From: Tubulanus polymorphus
Taxonomy: Eukaryota; Animalia; Nemertea
Length of the DNA: 64,000 nucleotides
Assembly: GCF_964204645.1 (NCBI RefSeq)
Contig: NC_134025.1
Span: 16,095,101-16,159,100 of the forward strand
Direction of reading: 5' to 3'
This document shows positions 13,814 to 24,790 of this stretch, piece after piece. The notes beneath the pieces were generated by a model. The model saw nothing but the letters and a program-made list of their open reading frames with translations. It searched no databases and had not been told where the DNA came from. The translations under genes were made by a program, and so were the position numbers. Position 1 is the first letter of the stretch, and each line of letters starts with the position of its first letter.

Positions 13814-13913
13814 GTGTATTTTCCCAGGTAAGTATTCCTCGTAAATACCAATTTTTGAACAAAATTGTAATATTTACTTCGAATACATTCCCTGGGAAAA
13901 TACACTATAGCCA
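13814..13913 (-). other. DIRS internal complementary region (ICR), encoding the circle junction
   Basis: 13814-13871 is the reverse complement of 13607-13664, and 13872-13913 is the reverse complement of 23279-23320. The junction reads TTGTAAT|ATTTAC. Confidence 0.95.
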
Positions 13914-14415
13914 GAATCCCAAAGAATGGAGGAGAGAGGCGACCAAAAGTCGATTTAAATTCTCTACACTTACACTCATCCTAAAACTCTCTGCAGAAAA
14001 CCGCAACAAACCCCAGGTGAGCCAGTGGAAAACCAAAAATCAGGGAGCTACCGTGCTGCTTCCTTTTCAGTTCCTAACTGTACTGGTAGATAATAACATG
14101 CCTATTATGACCCTGTTACGTTTGAGTCGAAAAAAGGAAATCAAACAACCCGGTGTCAACTGACTCCCGGATACCTTAGTAAGGCACTGACTGCCATTAC
14201 CTCGATATTAACCTAAACCAGTAGGTAAATAACTTAAACTCTAGACGCAGCCTTGCCCAGGCTATATAAATGAAATCATGATTCATGTCTAAACTTAATA
14301 CCTATAACAAAAGGGACCCTTACCACTAACTGTCTTAAGGTAACCTAGGCCCTGTAAAAGATGCCCACAACTTATATACATCAACTTTCTTATAGCTGAA
14401 TACAGAAGAAACCCT

Positions 14416-15560
14416 TTAATCCCCAGGACCTGGTTTAAAAAGGTCTAACTGGGCCCGATGTTTTTTGGGTTTTTGTACGCTTATTCGTTGTGCAGTAGCA
14501 ATTGGACCCAACGTGGACAGTGAGCCTAACTGTCCAGAAACGTCCTTCAAATAAAATGACGAGAAGGTAGATGGAGACGTCCAGAAGGCTGAACGACAAA
14601 CCTGTTCCAAGGAAGCCCCCGTGAATAATGACCAGGATGTGGCTTATGCCCTCACCTGATGAGAATGTATCCCGAGCGGAGCCTGGGCCCCCTGAGAATG
14701 CACAGTATCTTTAATTAAAGATACAATCCATCTAGCGATTGTGTCCCTTGAGATATCTCTCTTATCCCCTTGTCGGAGAGGAATAAAGAGCCTCTCCCTA
14801 TCTTGTCTGTGGGGAAGTGTCCTCTCTAGGTACTCCTTTAAAGCTCTTACTGGACAGAGCGACGTATCAGGAAGATCGTGAGATACCCTATGCGTCAAAG
14901 CATCGATCTTCCAAGATCTGGCTGCTACGGAAACCTTTTGATTCTTGGCAATGAAACTAAGACCAGGCCTTAAAATGACAAACCTATCTTGTGGACCAAA
15001 GGAAATAAGACCCGGACGCATCGATAAAGCATGAACCTCCGAACGCCTGGCGGCCATCGCTAAGAACAGTAAGAACACCGTTTTCTTAGATAAGTCTGAC
15101 AGGGTAGTATTGCGGATAGGCTCGAAGGGAGTGATCATAAGTGCTCTAAGAACCACTGTTAAGTCCCATGGCGGGATATCTGAAACCTGTTTGGGTCTCT
15201 TAACCCCAAAACTTGATATCAATTGAGCTATTTTCACATCCTCCGTCACTACAGGGACGCCCGCTGAACGAAAAGTATGCCCTATTGCTGATCTGTAGCC
15301 TTTAATGGTTAAAACCTGTCTATTCTTCTCTTCGAACAGGAAATAGAAAAAATCTATTAACTCTGACACAGAGGGGTGGAGAGAATCCACTGCTCTCCTA
15401 TTACACCAATCGGAGTAACATTCCCATTTGGAATCGTACAATGCTCCGGTAGAGGGACGTTTGGATTCCACGATAAATCTGGCTGCCCCTGAAGAAATTC
15501 CTTGGTTTGAAAGCTGTCGCTTGACAATGGCCAGGCGTGTAGATTCAATTGGAATTGATT
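14416..15560 (-). pseudogene. DIRS tyrosine recombinase with a premature stop at 14644-14646
   Basis: RPSTGALYDSKW, TIKGYRSAI, PPWDL..VL, AARRSEVHAL (R), LCPVRALKEYL and HSHQVRA*ATSW...W.S.STF..FY (H-R-W-Y). The in-frame TAA interrupts the catalytic set. Confidence 0.93.
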
Positions 15561-17511
15561 TGGGTGTAACTTGAACCGTCCCTGGGACAGTAACCCGGGG
15601 TAATTGGGCAGAGTGCGAGGGAAGTCCACCAGTAGATGCAGGAGTCTGACGAACCATGTCTGAGTCGGCCAACAGGGAGCCACTAAGACCACTTGACAGT
15701 TGACTGCCCCCTCTATCTTCTCCAACACTCGATTGAGTAGGGGAGTGGGGGGAAAGGCATAAGCCAGCAGGTTGTCCCAACTCAGAGATAGAGCGTCCAC
15801 CCCCCACGCCAAGTCGTCTTGAAATGGGGACACAAACACCGGACACCTCGTGTTGAAGCGAGTGGTAAACAGGTCCACGTTCGGACTTCCCATCAGGGCC
15901 CGGACTTGATTGGCTACCCTGACTGCCAATGTCCACTCGGTGGCTACTGGCTTGTCTTGGCGAGACAGAGCGTCGGCCACCACATTCAGGCTGCCCGCCA
16001 GGTGGAAACCGAAAGAATCATCCCTTGAGCCTGGACCCAGGTCAGAATCTGAGCTGCTAAGTTGGATAATGTTGGGGACCTGGTCCCCCCCTGGTTGAGC
16101 AAATAAGCCTTTACTGTGGAGTTGTCCGTTGACAGCCACACATGATGACCCCCTAACCTCCTTTTGAAGTGTTTGAAGGCCTTTTGAACCGCTAACAGTT
16201 CCAGGTGATTTATGTGGAGATGAGCCTCTGCTCGAGACCAGTTCCCGGCTTTCTGAAAACCTTCTACATGTGCTCCCCAGCCCTGATGGCTGGCATCCGT
16301 GAATAGATGAATCGGGGCCTTCAAATGTGCTAGGGAGGTGCCTCTTGTCAAGTTCTGCGCGAGAGTCCACCACTCAAGGTCAGGGATTAGGTTCACCGGT
16401 GGTACCGGCAATAAGGTATCCCACTCTTCCCCTACCGATCTCCAAGCTTGCTTCCAGAATCTTTGAAGAGAACGGCTGTGTAAACGACCGAGCGGAACTA
16501 CGAGTTCAACGGAACTCATCTGGCCCAAAACCTGGGACCAGGACCGAGCCGATCTGGGCGCCCCCGTCAGGAGAACTGCCTCCCTCAGCTTCTGAACTCT
16601 GGCCTGTGCTGGTCTGACTAAGGCCTGCGTCAGGTCGAAGTGCATACCTAGGTACGTGAACCTTTGAGAGGGGGTCAACTGGGACTTCTCTAAATTTACT
16701 ATGAAACCTAATTGACAGATCAAGGCCAGTGTCTTGTCTAAGGCTTCCTTGCACTCTGCTTTCGAATTGGCCACAACCAGCCAATCGTCCAGGTAACAGA
16801 AAATGCGAACTCCCTTCGACTGAAGGTGTTTCTGAACCCTTTTGACAAGTTTGGTGTAGACCCAAGGGGCTGAACTCAGGCTGAAGGGCAGAGACCGAAA
16901 TTGGTATGTTCTTCCCCTCCAATGAACTCTTAAATACTTTCTTGAGTTCCTGTGTATTGGTACTTGTAGGTATGCATCCCACAGATCTATGGATGCTGCC
17001 CATTGGCCTGGCTCCAGCCCCTGAATCACCTCCTTGGGTGTTGTTAGCTTGAATTTTGGAGCTATGATATAACGATTTAGAGCTGACAGATCTATTACCG
17101 TCCTTAAGCCCCCAGATGATTTTGGGACGGTGAAAATTCTTGAATACCATCCCAAGGATCCTAGAGGGATTTCTTCCAGCGATCTTTTTAAAATCATCTC
17201 GTTGATCGCTGGCATAACGTGGGACTCCTGCCCCCACTTCGGCCTCATTTCCACCGGCTGATTAGAGATAGATGCGGTTTTCGAAAGAATTTCAGTCGGT
17301 ATCCTTTGGAAACGATCTTTGTAGCCCAAGTGTCGCCAAATTTTTCTAGCCAGTGGGAAGAGGCATCTTGAAGGCAAGATCCCACTGGCCTGACATCTTC
17401 AACGGGTACCTGTGTTGGCGCGGCCACGAAAGGGTCGATTGAAGCCCCTACGTAATCTAGCCCTACCCCTTTGGGGATTGTCACTGTAAGAACTTTGAGA
17501 ATAACTGACAT
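15357..17511 (-). pseudogene. DIRS pol: RT, RNase H and N6-adenine methyltransferase-like domain (two frameshifts)
   Basis: RT motifs SIDLxDAYLQVPI, QFRSLPF.LSSAP and YLDDWL. RNaseH motifs TDAS..GWG, HINHLELLAV and TDN. MT motifs DLF.TRFN, DALS.SW and YAFPP. Frameshifts near 17262 and near 16005. Confidence 0.95.
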
Positions 17512-20212
17512 AGTTCAAATTGTTATTGTTGTCGCTTTGAGCTCCCTTGGAGCTTGTCCAACCCACTTATTTGTAGCTTAATTTGCTGTTGACTTGAGAC
17601 TGATTGTATCCGGGCTGATTTGCCGGTGAGTTTCTGTAGGTAGAGTTGCCGGCGTAATAACTAGGCTTTTTTGATGTCTTCCATGACTGCCTACCAGCCT
17701 TAGCCTGAGATTCTCTGATCTTGGTGGCCTCCGCATCAGCGGATGCGCAGCATCCAGAGAAAACCCGTGAGGAATTGCCCAGCGGTGCTCTGTATAGAGC
17801 TACTTTCACCGGGTCTGGAAGTTTGGAGTCGGCCAACAAGCTATATCTATTGATCAAGGCTAGGTTAGCCTGGATCCTTATACCCAAAGGTACTTGGTGA
17901 CACAACGCCTTGGCCATAGACTGTAGAATTCTCTCTATGGTCGCCACGTGTTCGGACATTGTCTCTGGATCCGGATTATCCTGGACTAGTTGAGACTTTT
18001 TCTAACTCGGTCACAACCAGCCAATCGTCCAGGTAACAGAAAATGCGAACTCCCTTCGACTGAAGGTGTTTCTGAACCCTTTTGACAAGTTTGGTGTAGA
18101 CCCAAGGGGCTGAACTCAGGCCGAAGGGCAGAGACCGAAATTGGTATGTTCTTCCCCTCCAATGAACTCTTAAATACTTTCTTGAGTTCCTGTGTATTGG
18201 TACTTGTAGGTATGCATCCCTCAGATCTATGGATGCTGCCCATTGGCCTGGCTCCAGCCCCTGAATCACCTCCTTGGGTGTTGTTAGCTTGAATTTTGGA
18301 GCTATGATATAACGATTTAGAGCTGACAGATCTATTACCGTCCTTAAGCCCCCAGATGATTTTGGGACGGTGAAAATTCTTGAATACCATCCCGGGGATC
18401 CTAGAGGGATTTCTTCCAGCGATCTTTTTAAAATCATCTCGTTGATCGCTGGCATAACGTGGGACTCCTGCCCCCACTTCGGCCTCATTTCCACCGGCTG
18501 ATGAGATAGATGCGGTTTGTGAGAGAATTTCAGTCGGTATCCTTTGGAAACGATCTTTGTAGCCCAAGTGTCGCCAAATTTTTCTAGCCAGTGGGAAGAG
18601 GCGTCTTGAAGGCAAGAGCCCACTGGCCTGACATCTTCAACGGGAACCTGTGTTGGCGCGGCCACGAAAGGGTCGATTGAAGCCCCTACGTAATCTAGCC
18701 CTACCCCTTTGGGGATTGTCACTGTAAGAACTTTGAGAATAACTGACATAGTTCAAATTGTTATTGTTGTCGCTTTGAGCTCCCTTGGAGCTTGTCCAAC
18801 CCACTTATTTGTAGCTTAATTTGCTGTTGACTTGAGACTGATTGTATCCGGGCTGATTTGCCGGTGAGTTTCTGTAGGTAGAGTTGCCGGCGTAATAACT
18901 AGGCTTTTTTGATGTCTTCCATGACTGCCTACCAGCCTTAGCCTGAGATTCTCTGATCTTGGTGGCCTCCGCATCAGCGGATGCGCAGCATCCAGAGAAA
19001 ACCCGTGAGGAATTGCCCAGCGGTGCTCTGTATAGAGCTACTTTCACCGGGTCTGGAAGTTTGGAGTCGGCCAACAAGCTATATCTATTGATCAAGGCTA
19101 GGTTAGCCTGGATCCTTATACCCAAAGGTACTTGGTGACACAACGCCTTGGCCATAGACTGTAGAATTCTCTCTATGGTCGCCACGTGTTCGGACATTGT
19201 CTCTGGATCCGGATTATCCTGGACTAGTTGAGACTTTTTCTAACTCGGTCACAACCAGCCAATCGTCCAGGTAACAGAAAATGCGAACTCCCTTCGACTG
19301 AAGGTGTTTCTGAACCCTTTTGACAAGTTTGGTGTAGACCCAAGGGGCTGAACTCAGGCCGAAGGGCAGAGACCGAAATTGGTATGTTCTTCCCCTCCAA
19401 TGAACTCTTAAATACTTTCTTGAGTTCCTGTGTATTGGTACTTGTAGGTATGCATCCCTCAGATCTATGGATGCTGCCCATTGGCCTGGCTCCAGCCCCT
19501 GAATCACCTCCTTGGGTGTTGTTAGCTTGAATTTTGGAGCTATGATATAACGATTTAGAGCTGACAGATCTATTACCGTCCTTAAGCCCCCAGATGATTT
19601 TGGGACGGTGAAAATTCTTGAATACCATCCCGGGGATCCTAGAGGGATTTCTTCCAGCGATCTTTTTAAAATCATCTCGTTGATCGCTGGCATAACGTGG
19701 GACTCCTGCCCCCACTTCGGCCTCATTTCCACCGGCTGATGAGATAGATGCGGTTTGTGAGAGAATTTCAGTCGGTATCCTTTGGAAACGATCTTTGTAG
19801 CCCAAGTGTCGCCAAATTTTTCTAGCCAGTGGGAAGAGGCGTCTTGAAGGCAAGAGCCCACTGGCCTGACATCTTCAACGGGAACCTGTGTTGGCGCGGC
19901 CACGAAAGGGTCGATTGAAGCCCCTACGTAATCTAGCCCTACCCCTTTGGGGATTGTCACTGTAAGAACTTTGAGAATAACTGACATAGTTCAAATTGTT
20001 ATTGTTGTCGCTTTGAGCTCCCTTGGAGCTTGTCCAACCCGCTTTTTTGTAGCTTAATTTGCTGTTGACTTGAGATTGATTGTATCCCGGCTGATTTGCC
20101 GGTGAGTTTCTGTAGGTAGAGTTGCCGGCGTAATAACTAGGCTTTTTTGATGTCTTCCATGACTGCCTACCGGCCTTAGCCTGAGATTCTCTGATCTTGG
20201 TGGCCTCCGCAT
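16773..20212 (-). repeat. 1238-bp internal tandem amplification of the RT-5'/gag-3' segment (~3 copies)
   Basis: ORFs 17976-18749 and 19214-19987 are identical and offset by 1238, as are 17567-17959 and 18805-19197. Chimeric junction YLDDWLVV|TELEKV at ~18010 and ~19248. Confidence 0.95.
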
Positions 20213-21340
20213 TGTATTTGTAATATTGATAGTTTGTGGTTGTTCTGATTCCATTTATTATACATATTTTTTTTACTAAATTGATTTTAGAAGTTATTCA
20301 TTTATATGTTATTCATGTATATATATATATATGAATTATTTCAATCACACTTGACTAACACTTTTAATGTTTAAAAATCTAACTCATACAAATATAAATA
20401 TTGAAATATGTTTAAAATATATCTATCTATCTATTCTATAAGAGCTCGTACTCTCGTACTCTGGCTTGAAAGCCTACTTTTCTAATTACTTATATATGTT
20501 ATTCATTTATATTTTATTCATGTATATGAATATTTTAAGAGTAATAGGGGTAATGGGCTTTCATATCAAAGGTTGAAAGGGCTAGTGAGTAAAAAATGAA
20601 AAATATGAAAATAATAATAATTTCTATTTGAATTAGGAGTGAAACTCATATAAAATGAAAATAAATTCGAGTGTGCGAGAATTATTTTTCATTTTTTATG
20701 AGTTTCGCTACTAATTCAAATAGAAATTGTTATTATTTTCATATTTTTCATTTTTTATGAGCTCGACCTTTCGACCTTTGGTATGAAAGCCCATTACCCC
20801 TATTACTCCTATCTCCTCAATGCTTAAATCTACCCGCAAATATCGGGACAGTTGAACACTGCAGACAATTGCCGAAGTTCATTCGGAGGTGTAAATTTTA
20901 ATCCCGAAATATAAGGACCATAATTTCAATTGTAGATGATTTTTGGAAACATTGACGCTGTTTTAGGACCGTTAAAGGTTTTAACTAGCAACAAAATTGA
21001 TTTTTGAAAATTTGCCGGAAGTACGATCACCAGATGGCGGGGCATGAGTGCTCTGTCGGAAATGACCGAATGCCTCTTCGGGATTGCCATGACGTCAGCT
21101 GTCCCGATATTTGCTGGTAGATTTAAGCATTACGGAGACAGGATCGGTTCCTGCCTTTTTAAGCATAATCTGCAAAACGTGTGGACTATGCCATTATGCT
21201 GACTACATAGAAAATAGGGTGGGTAGGAATGTTACTGACTTACTGTCTGGGCGATTACACTATGCTTTGTAGGGGTGGTAGGTAAGCATATGGCTATACC
21301 ATAATGCTAAATACAAGGGGTGTGATCTACTGTCTGAGCA
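20213..21340. mobile_element. Foreign AT-rich insertion in DIRS gag containing two adjacent foldback/MITE elements
   Basis: gag sequence GGTGGCCTCCGCAT..ATGCG.AGCATCC is split here. Palindrome at 20539-20808 (GAGTAATAGGGGTAATGGGCTTTCATA...TATGAAAGCCCATTACCCCTATTACTC). Inverted repeat at 20813-21138 (AATGCTTAAATCTACC.GCAAATATCGGGACAG / CTGTCCCGATATTTGC.GGTAGATTTAAGCATT). Confidence 0.85.
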
Positions 21341-22811
21341 ATGCGGAGCATCCAGAGAAAACCCGTGAGGAATTGCCAAGCGGTGCTCTGTATAGAGCTA
21401 CTTTCACTGGGTCTGGAAGTTTGGAGTCGGCCAACAAGCTATATCTATTGATCAAGGCTAGGTTAGCCTGGATCCTTATACCCAAAGGTACTTGGTGACA
21501 CAACGCCTTGGCCATAGACTGTAGAATTCTCTCTATGGTCGCCACGTGTTCGGACATTGTCTCTGGATCCGGATTATCCTGGACTAGTTGAGACTTTACT
21601 TTTTCTAACTCGCCGTGCATGGCAACCAGTGAAATGTCTTGGAAAGACGCGATTTGACAAATGCTACGAGCTAATTGGTTCAACGCTCCCATTGCTTGTT
21701 TTGTTAAAGTGTAGGAGGGCGGTGGTTTTTTGGGTAGTCCTATCGTGGTTGACCCATCGGAGTCTAACTCAAAGTGTGGTTTGAATTCCGTATCATAAGC
21801 ACCTGGTGTGGCGTAATAATAAGTCTTGTACCCCAATATGGGAGGATACAACGGAGAGAAAAATTTTGAATCCTTCATGCCTGCCTCTAATGGAGGATAA
21901 GACCAAGTATTGTCTGTACGCTTACCACCCCACAGTGTCGTGTCCAAAGTCTCACGCCATTCTTCTCTATATGCAGAATGTGGTGCTAAAACTAACTCTT
22001 CAGTGTCATCGGATGGACTGAAGATTTTGGCGGCCGACCCTCTAGGCTGGGTTGTTTTAGGTTTGGCCTTGGTACCTCCGTACCGGGAGAAAACTTCTTT
22101 TACTAAGTCCTTGAATGGAATGTCTCCCGTCTCTTCCATTGTGGATGGTGACGGAGAGCACGATCTGTGCATGTCTCCGTCCCTGGATAGACCAGGATCT
22201 TCTGGATCATGAGATTTTTCCTCGTCAGAAAAATCGTTGACATCATCCAACACCAACCCATCTGTTGGGTTGCAGGACAGCCCTGTTGGCACTGATGGAG
22301 GCTTGGGGCCCAGGGTTTCCTTACCTTTTAGTTGTTCCTTAAGGGAAGCGATCTCCTGCGAGAATATCGCTAGCATATTCTTGATGTCACTAGAGTCAGA
22401 CGGCTTATCAGCCGGTGATCTAGAACGTGAGCGACGACGTTGTTGCTTATGAGCACGCTTGTGCCTACGCCTGGTAGGTGACGGAGAATAGGTTCGACTT
22501 ACTCTAGAACGGGATCTAGAACGAGACCTTGACCCAGAGCTGGGGTCAGACGGTGAACGACGTCGTTTTTTATTAGAGCGCTGGTGCCTACGTCTAGTAG
22601 GAGACGAAGAGTCGGACCGACTAAATCTCGATCGGGACCTGGACCTAGACACGGATCGTCCCGGATCATTGCCCTGTTTCTGAGTATCCGGGCATTCAGG
22701 TGTATCAACCTTGCCCGATGAGGACGCTGGGGTCTTAGAAGGTGTATCAACCTTGCCCAAACGTTTAAATCTCGGTCCCCTAGGGGAACTGGAGACGTCG
22801 TGATCCGACAT
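21341..22811 (-). CDS. DIRS gag (ORF1) with an RS-rich N-terminus; C-terminus cut off by the insertion
   Basis: 494-aa ORF in the ORF1 position inside the 5' ITR. The native C-terminus resumes at 20212 and runs open to TGA at ~19875, overlapping the pol start. Confidence 0.85.
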
Positions 22812-23185
22812 GTTAAACCCTAGAATAAGCTGAAATAAAGGGTTAATTATTGATACGATTTTTAGTACAGATTATTAATTTTCGTGAATGATGAGACGGA
22901 AATCAATTACGTTGAATGATAATTATTAAATATATAAGGCGGGAGGAGCCGCTAAGAAAACAGCACGGCGCTCCCGCGGAACCGGAAGTAGAAAACCGGT
23001 GGCAAAATGTTGAAATGCGCATAAATTAAAAACGATCTCACCCGAAGTTCGACTTCTATTCCGAGATCAATCACTCTTATGTCTGTTTCTTATATCAATT
23101 AGAACGGATGTCCGATCCAACACGAAGAATTTTAACCGATTTACGAGCACTGCCGAAACACGTTCTCTAGAGAACAAGCGCCAAG

Positions 23186-23320
23186 CAAAAAGATGATGGC
23201 GTCTCGCCAGATGGCGCTATGTTACGGCGCCCCTACCAAAAGTCGATTCGGGCGTTATCTGCCTAGCCAAAAGCAATATGGCTATAGTGTATTTTCCCAG
23301 GGAATGTATTCGAAGTAAAT
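23186..23320 (-). repeat. DIRS 5' (left) ITR
   Basis: Reverse complement of 13651-13765. Its terminal 42 nt match the second half of the ICR. Confidence 0.95.
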
Positions 23321-23740
23321 ACAGAATAACTGTGCCAACAAAATATTATCTTTCAAAAAAAAAAAATACGAAGAAGTTATTTGGACAAACGTCCAAGGTC
23401 ACCGGATCTAAAAAACAATGCCATGAATATCTACCAAATATGAATGAAAACACACTATTTCTATTTCCAACTGATAAAACTGAAATGGCGAAACTCATCG
23501 AGCAACTGCACAACAAGTCGAGCACTGGTTGCGATGACGAAATCAATAATAGTCTACTTAAAAAACTTTCAAACTGTACAATTGATCCACTTTGTATAAT
23601 TTCTAACAAATCACTAGAGGAAGGTGTTTTCCCAGATTCCATGAAACTTGCTAAGATTATACCAATTCACAAGCAAATTAATAAATTAGATTTCACTAAC
23701 TACCGACCTATAACACATTATTATTCGAAAATGGAATTAT
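23321..23740 (+). pseudogene. CR1/L2-like LINE ORF2 continuation (pre-RT region, right of the DIRS)
   Basis: LFLFPTD..E..KLI..L.NKSSTGCD.I....LK, I.NKSLEEGVFPDSMKLAKIIPIHK...NYRPI. Confidence 0.88.
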
Positions 23741-23865
23741 TAAATTCGTGGAATCAGTTGTAAAGCTGAAAAATGAAATACAATTATGATTGGGCCAGGA
23801 TAAAGATAAAGCAATAAGTAACCTGGCAGACTAGGTTGAGGCAAATGTATGATTCATCCGTGGAA

Positions 23866-24032
23866 CACTGACCGAGGCTACAATATTGTAACCTAGGTCG
23901 GTTGACTTGCGCGTATTTATCTGCATACACTGACCGAGGCTACAATATTGTAACCTAGGTCGGTTGACTTGCACAGATTTTCCTGTTAACACTTACCGAG
24001 GCTACAATATTGTAACCTCGGTCGGTTCACTG
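23866..24032. repeat. 62-bp tandem repeat (~2.7 units) built on a palindrome
   Basis: CACTGACCGAGGCTACAATATTGTAACCT(A)GGTCGGTT starts at 23866, 23928 and 23990. Confidence 0.9.
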
Positions 24033-24635
24033 CATTAGTCCACTAATCCAAGATAAAGATCAGTCAGTTAACTTGATCAGTTTTTGAAGTTATTGCTGGT
24101 CTGATATCAGTCGGTTGATTTGTAGTTTTGACTAACGTGGAATCCAAAAGTGTTTCAGTCAAATGTCTCCTATCATTGATGAATGACATGAACAGTTAGG
24201 AATGTACATCGTACACATTCCAAATTAAAAGCCTTATACTTATATTGCGCAATTGCCATGATTGATAAGAAAACGTTTCTAGAATCGGATGACAATTTAT
24301 ATAGAATGAGAGTCAGATGTGCATTGTTTTAGGGGTGTTCGAACTTCGCTGAATCACTGAATCGTTGATTATTATATTAATTTCGCTGATTTGAATTTAT
24401 TTCCAAATACGATGAATCCATGTATATTTTAAATATTCTCAAGAAAATGTTTCATTGATGAATTTCGTTACATATATTCTATAAAAATTCAGTCGGATTA
24501 CGGTAACAAATGTATTTTGCGGAGAGCGGTAACGGCTTTTGGCTTATGTCATTGGTACTTCGATGTAGTCTTTCAGCTTTAATAGGGATTCGCCCTTGGG
24601 ACCAGAGTTTCAGATATGACAGAAAAATATACAAA

Positions 24636-24790
24636 AAATCGTGACGATTGTTAGTTGAGACAACGATTGAAATGAAATTGTTTGACTGCTGGATGTGATC
24701 ACAAATAACAAACAAATCGTGACGATTGTTAGTTGAGACAACGATTGAAATGAAATCGTTTGACTGCTGGATGTGATCACAAATAACAAA
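24636..24790. repeat. 78-bp direct tandem duplication
   Basis: AAATCGTGACGATTGTTAGTTGAGACAACG...GATCACAAATAACAAA occurs twice with one mismatch. Confidence 0.9.

Larger units (their letters stand above)
13607..23320 (-). mobile_element. DIRS1-like tyrosine-recombinase retrotransposon, both ends intact, coding regions damaged
   Basis: ITRs at ~13651-13765 and ~23186-23300. The ICR (13814-13913) is complementary to both termini. gag, RT/RNaseH/MT and YR lie on the minus strand. No TSD; it splits a LINE ORF2. Confidence 0.97.

Noticed and set aside
14644-15936. Prophage or bacterial integrase/methylase contamination
   Set aside because: YR and MT are embedded with RT/RNaseH/gag between ITRs with an ICR, which is the standard DIRS architecture.
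16506-19853. Alternative-frame ORFs over RT (16506-17237, 17986-18615, 19224-19853) as separate genes
   Set aside because: No recognisable domain. Probably remnants of the long overlapping frame typical of DIRS, repeated by the duplication.
22400-22811. Host SR splicing factor
   Set aside because: The RS-rich stretch lacks an RRM and is the N-terminus of the DIRS gag ORF.
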